Made by a program: the position numbers and the translations under genes. Below are positions 39,101 through 50,950 of a stretch of 64,000 nt of DNA, one piece after another. Source of the DNA: Antedon mediterranea (taxonomy: Eukaryota > Animalia > Echinodermata); NCBI RefSeq assembly GCF_964355755.1, contig NC_092673.1:26843648-26907647 (forward strand), in the 5' to 3' direction. Every line of letters begins with the position of its first letter. Within the stretch, counting starts at the first letter, position 1. Under the pieces are notes generated by a model. That model saw only the letters and a list, made by a program, of their open reading frames with translations, had not been told where the DNA came from and did not search any database.

Positions 39101-42100
39101 CCTTCTCAACTGACTGCGGAGTGTTAATGCAGCTTGGTCATTCTTGACGTCATCTGTTGATGACGTTGTACGCCTCCGGTTGTAGGTTGGAGGTTGTGCG
39201 GGGCTCGGCCAGGTGATGTGTCTATCAAATCATTGTACAAATGCGAGAGTTCGTGGGCTCCAGTGTCCAGTGTATCTAGAGTGGCTCGAACATCAAGCCA
39301 TAAACACGGCACCCACTAACATCAAGCCTGTGTATTGGAAACGATACGTTGATGATGTATTAGCTATCATCCCCATAGGTACAGTACATACATTTAACAC
39401 ACATCTTAATAACATCGATATAACTGACAATATCAAGTTCACCACAGAATCGATGACAAACAACACAATACCTTTCCTGGACATGCTCATCACACTCAAT
39501 GACAATGGAACAGTTACCACCTCAGTCTATCGGAAGCCCACTCACACAGACCAATATTTACATTTCAACTCACATCATCCACTCAAACACAAACTGGGGC
39601 TTATAAACACGCTTGTGGACAGAGCTGAGAAGGTAGTGGGAGATATGGATTTGAGGAAAGTTGAGATGGATAACATCAAGAAAGCGTTACACAACTGCCA
39701 GTATCCAGAGTGGTCCTTCCAGAGAGTTATGGAAAACCGAAAAAGGAAAAAGAACAAAGGACACGAACCACAGAAGGAAAAGATCAAGATGCGAGGTAGC
39801 ATAGGAATCCCCTATGTAAAAGGAATGGCAGAAAGAATACGACGCACTCTCTCCTATCACAATGTCGGAACCTATTTCCTACCCCAAAATAAAATCAAGA
39901 ATAGCCTCGTCCACCCAAAAGATAAAATCGAGAAGATGGATACATGTGGAGTAATCTACGAAGTCACCTGCCGCAACTGTCCACAAGTTTACATTGGGGA
40001 AACAGGGAGGGCATTACAAACACGAATTAATGATCACAAAAAAGATGTTACAACAAACACGGGGGGAGTAATGACTAGGGCCTCCAGAACATCCACATCT
40101 TCGATCATACACAAATCTGCCATTACAGAACATGTCATAAAACACAATCATGTACCGAACTGGGAGGCTACCATCTTAACCAAAGAGCCTAAACGCAAAG
40201 ACAGACAGATTAGAGAATCATTACATATAAGGAGAAATAAAGAGAAGACCATGAACCGGGACACTGGAGCCCACGAACTCTCGCATTTGTACAATGATTT
40301 GATAGACACATCACCTGGCCGAGCCCCGCACAACCTCCAACCTACAACCGGAGGCGTACAACGTCATCAACAGATGACGTCAAGAATGACCAAGCTGCAT
40401 TAACACTCCGCAGTCAGTTGAGAAGGATCTCTGATAGAGATCGAAACGTTCGAGTAAGTACTCCGTTAACTTGTGCTTTTACAAAAACGAAATTTGTCAT
40501 CTATACAAAATCGAAGCTAAATGAAATTCTTTCAACAAATAGATAATGTTCAAACCTTTTTCTGGATTAATTAATGGAGCAGGCGTTCCTAATAATCTTC
40601 TGTAGACTGATTGTTCACCTTCTGACGATAATTGATTGGACCCCCCACGGCATCTGATAACCAACAAAAAATTTACGAGGACTGTTTCAATGATTTAATA
40701 TCTGACGGCGTATTATTATAACATTGGCCTAGATTGAAAGTCAAAGAAAGTCATTGTAAATACCTCCCTTTATGTTGACAGAGCCAAAATAAAGTTTTGA
40801 CCATTATCGAATAATTATTTGACAGTGACTTATTATAATACCGCCCTGGTTGACAGCAAAAACGAAGTTATTATTTATTGATCAAGATTTTACAGATTTC
40901 CGTCTACATCTCAATAATACTGTATTATCAGCAAAGGCTTTCATATAGACTCTCTTCTCCCAGACGTTTTTTGGGTCCAGCAGCTACCTATAAATTATAG
41001 TCGAGTTTCCAAATTCACAAAACTGTCAGCCTTAGATACTAAAGCTACCGCTATGAAACAGCTTATTAATGAATGTGTCCTCCTGGGACATAGCTGGCTA
41101 GAGCCGCGGCGCGAAAATATATATAATATACAGCGAGTGTATAGATTTTTTAGACAATACAAAACGTATTTCATATAATTGATTGGCTACTAGGCCTATA
41201 TACTGTTACTATTACAAACCATTCATAATGTTATCTTAACAGTACAGTACAGTATATCAAACATCTAAAACCAAATCACGTATATGTTCTTTTTCTGGAT
41301 CAAAAATGAGTCCCTTGCCATCAATATCAATTGACATCATAATCTTTAGAGTTATACTAATTTAAATATCAAAATACTTTCAGTAGTCCAATAAAAAATA
41401 AAATCCTTTTAGATTGACAAGGGAGTTTTGACACACTGACCTGTAAAATGTTGTTTCATTCACCGTTAAAATGTGCTAACATTGTTTATGTAACACATAT
41501 ATTGCCCGAATTCTCTAGTTCTTTTTATGGTGTTAGTATTCCTTTACGAGCACACCCAGTAGACGTTTTGATTTTTATTCAAGTATTATTTGTATGAAAT
41601 ATTTTTACCAATATTTCATTTTATTGTTCCACATAAAATAAATAAAATATCAAGACAAAAAAACCTGGTTAAATCTTTGTTTATGTGCGGAATCTCAAAT
41701 AAGCCAAAAAAGGGCTTTAAGGCTGAGATTCCAAAAGACATTACAGTACATTGTGCATGGTAACGTATAATTGCTTTCTTAAAAAAAACAAAAGAATGCC
41801 AAACAGATTTTAGTTGAATATCAGTAGAAAGGAAAAGTAAGATATAAATTCCATAGGAGCAAACTTATTAACTATCTAAGTTTTTTATTTATTTTTTTTA
41901 TTATGTTTAATCACCATCTAGAACCAAAACTAAATATTCATTGTGTTCTCCTTTTAAAATGTGTTCCATGAAATATGTGGACATATTTGTTTTGGAAGCT
42001 GATTTTTCTTTGATCTTTTCGTTTATAGAGTAACAGTTTTTTTCACTTTGTTATTTTTGGTGAAATACAGTATTTTCTGATTTAGATATACCTGTTGAGG

Positions 42101-44669
42101 CGATACCCTTGTGTAAAGCATATTACAAATGTTTTTGAATTACATTACATGGATTACATTGTCATAATTTGATTTGATCAACTTGATTTCAGAAATTAAT
42201 TTTCATAATAATTAATTATAATAATATTGTTGTTATTTGTTTGTAGGCTGGACCCTACTGGGTGTCCATGATGGATTCGTATGGTGCTAGCTTTGCTCTT
42301 CTTTTATACGCTGTGTTCGAGACAATAGCCATCAGCTGGGTTTACGGTTTGAGACGGTTTATGAATGATATACGCACGATGGTTGGAGACAGGATAGTGG
42401 ATCATCCCTTGTTTATTTGGTGGGGGATCAATTGGTGCACAATTACACCCGCTCTTTTAGTGGTAAGTGGAACTTTGTTGAGAAATTAGGTTTGTGGGTT
42501 TCATTTTCTATATTATAGCTAATGCAGCTATGGTTAGGCTTAAATTGAGAATTTAAAAAAAATTCACCAACTAGTATCTAAAGAGTTGCATGCGATTTAA
42601 AAAATTTAAATTACAATGAATCAATCAAGTCAATGGTTTTTGGTTGAATTTAACAGTTTATTTTGTCTTGTTATAATTAAAAACATTTTTTTTTCTATGA
42701 TTAACTTGATTAAAACTGTGAAATGGTCTATTCAAAGTCTTTTTTATATTAATCTTAATTGTTCATGTTTGTGGGGAACAATACATCTTTAAGAAACATT
42801 CATAATTTATTGTCTAATAGTAGACATTCCTTTGAAATTGTATTTTGTATTATAGTTTATCATCTTTTTCAACTGGATGAGCTGGACAGAGCCCACATAC
42901 AACGGTCCATACCCACGTTGGGCTAACGGTATTGGATGGTGCATGATCATCAGCTCCATCATGTGGATTCCTATCATCTGGGTGTATGAGTTCTTCCGTG
43001 GCAGTGGAAGCGCATTAGAGGTATGGTGCCACATTATCCCTGTTTCCACTAGGTGATTTTGTTCACGCAAATCAAATGTGACCGCTTATAGGAATATGTA
43101 TTATACAAATATGTTTATTTTCATCTTCTAATTCTCTTTCTTTGACAAAGTCCAATTCATTGATTTTTTTTTACGTCAGTGAAAATAGTAGCTTGGACAG
43201 TTTCTACTTTTTGAGAAGCGAAACTTTTATCAATCAATCATTTTGGTTTTATTATTGCTTAATCAAACGTTTTATGTAATTGTGACTGCAAATAATAAAT
43301 AACTTTGCAGTGTTACAACATCTAGCTGCTTTAGTCATTTATGATCTCCATGGAACCACACACAGATGTTAATTTCATGGCCATGTATTGTATCTTACAG
43401 CGACTACATCAAATGTCAACTCCAAGACCTAACTGGGGTCCTGCTCTACAAAAACACCGAGATGAGGCTTGGGAAGTCCACAAAAATCACCGCACAACAA
43501 TGGGTGGAGTCCTTTCTGTTGAAGGCAGACCGATGTACGCCGATGCCTCTGGGTGGGTCGCAAGATTCACTACAGGAAAGAATACCCTTGCTGACAATCC
43601 AGCATTAAACGGAAGTCTCAACAACATCCAGTTCGACGATGACGATGATCACACATACTCAAATACCGATGGGGGCGGTAACACAGAAGGATCTGTTAAC
43701 TTGGTGTACCAACCTCAACGTTTCAACGCATCTCAAGATGTGTTGGATGGCTCTAGGGAAGATCTTGATTTGCGTGTTGCTCAACCGGTAAGGTCAGAGG
43801 TCAGTGCGCCATCATTCGATGAGGAGAGGTCGTGGCAGAGTCCTAGGTCATCATCAGTTCATGGATCCAAAGAGGTATTAGATGACTCGTATTATCCATC
43901 AACCCATGGTGGATCTAGAACTCCCTCTATTCAAGGATCTTTAGACAATAATGCCATCTACTCTGTGCCGCACAGACGTCCTCTAAATTCCGCACCATTC
44001 CATGGATCTAGGGACTACATTCCAAAGGATCCACCTGCAGCGTATCCACCACCGCGTCGAACCAGCCCACCTTCTCGACACGGATCGAAAGATGTTTTAA
44101 ATGAGGAACCACAATCGTCCTACCCGCCACCTCCTGTTTCGTACCATGGGTCACGTGATATGTTAAATGATGATGACGAAATACCTGTCTATCCGCGTAG
44201 TTCCAATGTTCCATCTTTACGTGGCTCCCGTGATGTACTCAATGAGGGGTACGCTGGATCTCGTAACGGCTCTAACAATCCATCTCTCCGTGGCTCGCGT
44301 GATATTCTCAATCAGGACTACCCCTCACAGAGAGGATCAAAACCTCCGTCGCGCCATGGTTCTCGCGACATTCTAAACCAAAATTACCCGTCAGTACGCA
44401 GTTCAGCAAATCCTTCCCTCAACGGTTCTCGAGATCACGTAAACTTGGATTACATGCCACGTAACATTTCAGTCTCATCGCGACAAAGCTCAGTAGAACA
44501 AGTTAACATGGGTTACGATGCATCTCCCATGGTGCAAAGACCACCATCAAAACAACAGCCTCCTAAAAAAGAAAAGACAAGCAGATGGCCAGGAAAACGA
44601 TCAAAAAGATCAGCTCGCACCCCTCAGTTTGATTCCCCTATGGAATTGGACTTTGAAAGTGAAGCTTGA
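27101..44669 (+). CDS. SLC6 family Na+/Cl--dependent amino-acid transporter (glycine transporter-like); paralog 2, ~1006 aa with long low-complexity C-terminal tail
   Basis: Coding exons 27101-27112 (MSSA, less certain), 30204-30348, 30957-31088, 31397-31739, 32495-32627, 33427-33561, 33831-33934, 34236-34360, 34753-34865, 35504-35632, 42247-42462, 42856-43020, 43401-44669. Total 3021 nt in frame. Most internal exon lengths equal those of paralog 1 (132, 343, 133, 135, 104, 125, 113, 216). Motifs [52 protein letters not shown]. Confidence 0.92.
27600..28630 (-). mobile_element. 5'-truncated LINE (CR1/L2 group) RT C-terminal part, frameshifted
   Basis: Minus strand [16 protein letters not shown]...KYMDDTT, then ORF 27921-28445 ([13 protein letters not shown]...[13 protein letters not shown]...IEHVQRRA); AATAAA-rich tail near 27600. 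Confidence 0.85.
30425..30725 (+). mobile_element. Diverged copy of the SINE at 24688-25090
   Basis: Shares gttaagacagt.gaaccgtaat, gataaggactataaacc.taggtccagtgta and tgtgcactttaaagaacctagtacat. Confidence 0.7.
33138..33408. repeat. Minisatellite (~31-bp alternating units, core tttgaatgaaccaatcat) just upstream of a paralog 2 acceptor
   Basis: About 9 core copies ending ~18 nt before the AG at 33426. Confidence 0.85.
37000..37985. repeat. ~56-bp tandem repeat array (37000-37280) with a partial duplicate at 37815-37985
   Basis: Unit ttttacattttgaacgaaagtatttatttgttgataagcccaatttt; both blocks are followed by taatgacccyttccacagtgc...ttttacatgatattgaccg. Confidence 0.8.
38354..38714. mobile_element. 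Palindromic MITE (Harbinger-like)
   Basis: AGGCCCATACACTAGGACGATAAC ... GTTATCGTCATAGTGTAATTGGGCCT, with internal inverted segments (ccaatcaaatgacgtcatgat / atcatgacgtcatttgattgg). Confidence 0.65.
39269..40403 (+). CDS. Penelope-like RT C-terminal half plus GIY-YIG endonuclease (5'-truncated ORF)
   Basis: [33 protein letters not shown], then [30 protein letters not shown]; no internal stops. The first ~19 codons of the listed ORF come from the inverted segment. Confidence 0.85.
40412..40458 (+). ncRNA. Variant hammerhead-ribozyme-like motif in the PLE terminal repeat (mirror copy on - strand at ~39070-39115)
   Basis: TTGAGAAG-[GATCTC-tgata-GAGATC]-GAAA-CGTTC: perfect stem II and GAAAC core, but non-canonical CUGAnGA box and unclear stem I. 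Confidence 0.5.
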
Positions 44670-47421
44670 GAATGTCAAATTTCTCCATAAATAATGATGC
44701 ATCAAATTATTCTATTAAGTCTGTTCGATAAAATAATTAAACATGAAAAGATACATTCCAAAATATCGACCACCTTGCCAAAATATTTAACAATTTTTAG
44801 AAATAATATGTCAAATTTTATAAAAGGCCTTGACAAATTTAACCTCGAAAAAATGACTAGAGAAGAAGAAAAAAATACTATTTATAACATTGCTTGGTTT
44901 TGGTTATATAACAATAACCCGGTTTTTAGCACAAGTGTAAATCTCAGTTTACTATTATCATAGTTGCTATCCAATAGGATTAAAACGTACCAGTGATGGT
45001 ACAATGGCAAGGCGTAAGCAGTAAGACTGGGTTCTAATCTTTATAGGATCGATTTTCTCATTCGAAAATTGTATTCACCTTGAACTTGTATTGTGTAATA
45101 GGAACGATATGATAATGTGGTACGTTGATGACGGTGTCAGTTTTCAAGATGACAAGTTGTTTGTTCAAGTATCTTTGAATTCTTAATTCAAACATAACAT
45201 CGTCATAAAACCTATAAATTGAATTCGGCAAAAATCGATCTCAATCCAAAAGTCTATTGAAGGCGTTACGACGTGGATTTTAATACAGTACGGGATTTAA
45301 TATTATAGATATATTTTTGACAAGTTCGCCTTGTAATTTTACTAAAATCTCGTGTACATATATTTTGAAAATTAATACATTTTGAATTGTATATAAATGG
45401 GTGACATATAGTATATAGTAATATGTGGTTTATTTTATAGAAATGTTTTTTTTTACATTTTCAGTATTAGTCATTAGCATATCCAGGGATTTTCCCACCC
45501 CTGGAACTTGAACAAAAGTGATCAGATATAATAGCCTACACTTCAACACATCGTTCTAGGTTATAATATTTGCAGCCGCTGAACAGTCATGTAACCGAAA
45601 ATTGCTAGTTTTATAATAAAATATGTTGTTTAAACTTCAAAAGGATGGTTATATTTCATTATTATTTATGAATTGTAGTTGTGAAATTTGCGTGCCGTAA
45701 AGCCTTATCTACACTGTATGCTTGTGTGTTAAAACTGTTTAAATTCATTTGGAGAGTGGAAAATAGACGAAACGATACTATCAATCAAGTTTGACAAAAA
45801 AAGTGTGATGTGCCCAAATATGATGTTGATGTACCCAAATATGGTAGTGACATGACGCCATAATGTCCATATATGGGCACATTGGCGTTTTTTCACATAG
45901 TTTGATATAGTGTAGACAGTTTTAGTGTTAATATTTTAGATTCATAAAAACAGATTTTACAGCTTAAGACGGGGCTTAAGAGTATTTTTTATTTTATTTG
46001 TTTCGTCATACTGTTGAAACTGTTTTTCACAGTGAATTGTATCGTATGAATCGAAGATAATTGCGCTTTTGGCGTCACAAATATGACGCATGCGCATTCA
46101 GATATTTTGATTTCCGCGAAAATTCGCCTGGTGGGAAAGTATGAACAATTTGAATAAAACAGTTTTCACAAAAAGTAATAAAAGTTAATATGAAGAATAG
46201 TATTAATTCAGTTTTTATCACCATTGCTATTTTTATGTGTTCAAGTGTGATTCGTTGTTCCCACGCGCTAAAGTTGTTCTCCCAGAAATACAAAAGTTTG
46301 CTTTAAAAAAGGACCGCGTTATTATTATAATGTTTTTTACGTTGGCGCTGTTCTGAGTTCAATTCCTTGCATTTTATTCGTTGCCAATAGAAAACATAAC
46401 ACCATAAAATGAGAATTTAAATTAATTGTACATTTTTTTTTAAATAGAAACAATTTTAGCTGGGAAAACTTTGAAAACAAGTTGTTACACAATGAGACAA
46501 GCCATCCGATAACCGATAGTTATAGATTAGTCTATTTCATGCTTTATGCGTACAAAAAAAAACCAATCAGAATATTTTCCGGCTGACAAAGTACCGGTAC
46601 AGAGTAGCATCAATTAACATGAACCCTGTATCTACTTTGATACTCGAACAAAACAAACCACATTATTTTCCATTTTAAATCTGATTTCGTTAACTTTGAG
46701 CGGATGGTAATGTAGGGAGAGATTGAGAATTGTAAGTCGGCAAACTGAACATTTTGATATAGAATTCAAATTATTTTGTTTCAATTTATCAAATTTTCCG
46801 AATTAAATTTTACCTTCCCATGTGGTTGAAATTAAATCGTTTTCGTTGCAACTATAATCATATATTTTGGAATTATTTTGTTTTCGGATATAAAGAGTGG
46901 TAGTCAGTCAGTGCTCTCCTGATACAGTTAAACATATTTCTATATACCTTTATATTGCATTTTGTAGTCATAATCACTTGTTCATTAAAACTGAAATGAA
47001 CAGAAATTTGCTTTGAAAAACTGGCATATAATCATTTAAAAATATAAATAAAACAGTAAAAATACACAAAAAAATTGTCACAAAATCAACACAGAATAGC
47101 ATGCTAACAACACAGAAACAACACATTAGTCTGATAAAAGATAATGACTTATTATTAATGATTTAATATTGCACATTAATGGCAATATTTTATTTAATTT
47201 TTTATTTATATGTTTACAAGATTAGGCCTACAATGAACTAATGTTCAGCGAGGCTATTATCATCGGAGAAATACAGTGCTGCAGAACATTCAGTAGGCCT
47301 AATGTTCGATTTTAAAAGATTATGTGTTGATACGATGATATTCCTTGGTAGTTTAGAATCGTGATATAAAGTTTGCGGTACACCACGTAGGCCTGTATTA
47401 GTTCTGAAAAGAACTGTTGAG

Positions 47422-47470
47422 TTTCTCGACGACGTTTCGATCAATATGCTTTGATCGTCCTCAGGAGTAA
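47422..47470 (-). ncRNA. Minimal type I hammerhead ribozyme candidate
   Basis: Minus strand TTACTC-CTGAGGA-C-GATCAA-agcata-TTGATC-GAAA-CGTCGTC-GAGAAA: canonical CUGAnGA and GAAA boxes, 6-bp stem II, GUC site, short stem I. Confidence 0.6.
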
Positions 47471-49029
47471 GACAATGTTCAAAGTCAAAGTTAGAATCGT
47501 TCAGGTATATAATAGCTTACTCTTGGTTTGGTAAATTAAGTGAATTCGTCTAAATTGAACATTTATTTATCATTATTAATATTATTTAATTAAGTGTGTC
47601 CAATTGTGTTGGTGTTGATTGATGCAAGTCTACTAAACATGTTATATGTAGACTTCTTCAAACTTGTTTTCTGCAGTTTGCCTAAGTTTGTCAATAATTG
47701 GTCTACACACAAACCCAGAGTTTGCATACACAAATTTGCCAAGCTTTATCTAATTAACATGTTCATCAAGCGTGCAAACGAATTCCGCCAATAACAGCAT
47801 AATGGCACCTTTGTCAGGCGTTTTCTACAACATAATGTTATCATTTTAATGAGTTAAATATTAAATCGGAATTAGCGGTGGTTAGCTATCTTTCAACAGG
47901 ATAGAAACCAGTGCATTTTATGTTTGATACTGAATTTATGCTGTGTTTAGTTCACATAACCTATATGTATACTGGTATAATTTAATTCAATTTAAGATCA
48001 ATCAATCAAATTCAATTATTCACAAAATGATGATGCCTGCTTTATATTTAATTATAAATATAGGGTCTTATAATAATAATGGACAGATGCAAATTACAGT
48101 AGGCCTAATTATTGTTTGGCGAGTTATGGCCAGTTGTTTGTTTGTTTTCTCTCACTTAGCTCCCCGACGTAAAGTCCACGGGTAAAACTAACCCTAGTCA
48201 TAGCTTAGATTCGGTATGAACGCCAGGAGCTCTGAATCCTAAAGCTCTGTCCACACTATCAAACTTTATGTGAAAAAAATGTGATGTGACCATAAAATAT
48301 GGACACGACGACATTACATCACTACCATATTTGGGCACATCACACTTTTTTTTGTTTATCAAACTAGTTTGATGGTGTAGTCGGGTTCGAGTACCACCCT
48401 AGAATTATCGGTGACTTCTTGCAATTTATTTTCACAAGTATTCTCAAATGTACTTAATATAAATATAGGGCACTAAGGCACTTGACCAGAGTGAACATGA
48501 TTTTATGTACCTAGCTTGTTATTGACATACTTTACAATTATTCTCTCACTGTTTTCAGTTGACCTCTCGGTGGGAGATGTAAGTCTAAGTACCCATTATA
48601 ATCTGCTGGTTAAATTGTGTTTTTGTTAACAATGTTGAAAAAATGCCATCCGCCGATATATAAAGTTTCATTCACACTTGACATGTGCCCATAAAAACTG
48701 ACCAACGGTGTAATACTAATAATAGTAGCTTAGAGAAGGATAATAAAACATATCGGAATGTATATTAACAACGTAGGCCTACTAGTCATAGTCACATTGA
48801 GACAACATTAATTGAAACTGTCAAAACCAAATTACCGATACTTACGAGATCGAATTGCACTTTGTAAGAAGCCGAAGGTTACAGTTCTTTTGTCATAAAA
48901 AAAGTTCCAGCCAATCACAAATCACAAAGATGCCCCGGATGTGAAAGATGTTCTCCCGCCGCCGCGCGCTGGACTTAGAAAAAACATCGCGATGGCATAG
49001 TGGACGGTAAGATGAGAAGATCATACCAA

Positions 49030-50001
49030 TAGTAGAGCAGTTAATGACATAAGCTGTGCATTTTATTACCAAAGCATGAAACTTGGCACAAAGTTTCTTT
49101 GATGTATATAGATTCAAAATATCGGGGGGTGCCAAGTGTCCAAAGTCCGGTATGGCGGCCATCTTGATTTCAAAATGGCCACCATAAAAACAAAAAATGT
49201 TCATATCTTGGCAACTATTCACATTAGAGACTTAATTCTGGTCTCAAATTGTTCACAAACTATATATTTCTATTTACTCTAATGAAAAGTTTCGTCCAAA
49301 AATGACTGGAAATGACGTTTCTTACAGTTTGACCTTTGACCTTGTATTTGTATATCTCTGTAACTACTGGTCATTTTCAATCGATTTTTGTGTCATTTTG
49401 TTCAGAATAAATACATTTATATTTGTAGTAATGAAACATTTTCACATAAAATGACCGGAAATACAATTTATGACCTTTGACATTAATTTATTGATTTTTA
49501 ATTATGTGAATATACTGTAGGTGGTTTTTGTTGGTCTAAAGTGCACCTAATTTTGAACTTTAACCTGATAGGCGTAATTATATTAAATGATTAATGGACT
49601 TAAATTGTATATAGTACATAAAATTGGTAAACATTGTGCTTGGTGGTACCATTAGTTCAATGATGTTGTCACCTTCTGATTCGCTAAAAGTTTTAATAGT
49701 TTGACAGAGGATAACATACATGTTATTGAATACCGTAAAACCTCGAAAAGGTGATAGCATGAGCTTCTTTTCGAGACAGACTGTATTTGATTGTCAAATG
49801 AATAGTATGATGATCGTGTTTATATCAATATATTATTAATGACCTTACAAAGAACCCTTTCTATTTCAACAATTAAGCCACAGTTATTCTACAATTCATT
49901 GTTTTCCAAGTGGTAGGCCTATTTTGATTGCATCTTATTTTTGTATGCTTCCTCGGTTAATATGGTCCTAACCCTCCTTCTTTTGTCTGTAGATGGTCTT
50001 A
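49030..50001. mobile_element. Truncated sibling of the foldback element (left end only)
   Basis: Begins TAGTAGAGCAGTTAA and aligns with 50002-50570 for ~550 bp; ends in one copy of the 30-bp minisatellite unit. Confidence 0.8.
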
Positions 50002-50950
50002 TAGTAGAGCAGTTAACGCCATAAAAATAGCCAAGTTGTGCACTTTATTACCAAAGCACGAAACTTTCCACAAAGTTTCTTTGATGTATATAGATTCAAA
50101 ATATCGGGGGGTGCCAAGTGTCCAACGTCCGGTATGGCGGCCATCTTGATTTCATAAAAACAAAAAGTGTTCATATCTTGGCAACTATAAACAGTAGAGA
50201 CTTGATTCTGGTGTTAAATTGTTCACAAACCACATATTTCTATTTGCTCTAATGAAAGTTTCGTCCAAAAATGACCGGAAATGACGTTTCTTCCAGTTTG
50301 ACCTTTGACCTCTTATCTGTATATCTCAGTAACTACTGATCATTTTCAATTGATTTTGGTGTCATTTTGTTCAGAATAGAGACATTTATATTTGTAGTAA
50401 TGAAACATTTTCACATAAAATTACTGGAAATACAATTTATAACCTTTGACATATATAATTATGTGAACATACTGTATGTGGTTTAATTGGTATAAATGCA
50501 CCTACTTTTTTTACCGAAATAAATGACACGGAATTGTTATTCTGAATTTTTAACTTTTGATGTGATAGGATAGGCATAAAGTATGACAGATCACTGAGCT
50601 CATCTATGCCGATATGTTTGCTAAACTGTGATGTGTCAATCGGTTTTTCGTTGCATCTAAAAAAATGTACTCCATTTTTATGGTAATTATTGCTGTAAAC
50701 CTTTCATCTGAATCCTTTTCCTCGATTTTCTCTAGTCATTGATTTTTTAACAAAATCCGAACTAAATCAATTCGTAAAAGACATCTCAATATAATTATTC
50801 AAGTAATCCTCAAATTAGTGACATGGACCTACAATATACTGTTCTGTACAAGACCTGTTTAGGCATCCACCTGTGGACTTTCACTTTAAAGGTCTTGGTT
50901 TCCTAATCATACAAGAAACAATGTCTAATTTAATCAATCAAAGTAGTGGG

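Larger units (their letters stand above)
39025..40533 (+). mobile_element. Penelope-like retroelement (Penelope/Poseidon type), 5'-truncated, with inverted pseudo-LTR
   Basis: 14-bp TSD AACAAATAGATAAT (39011-39024, 40534-40547); 39025-39268 is the reverse complement of 40259-40502. Confidence 0.92.

Noticed and set aside
39124-39312. 62-aa minus-strand ORF identical to the PLE C-terminus
   Set aside because: Product of the inverted terminal copy, not a gene.
44694-44963. 89-aa ORF just after the paralog 2 stop (read-through candidate)
   Set aside because: AT-rich 3' UTR composition, not in frame with the CDS, and no motif.
47594-47800. Possible protein remnant next to the hammerhead candidate
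   Set aside because: No recognisable motif in any frame I read; stops present on the minus strand.
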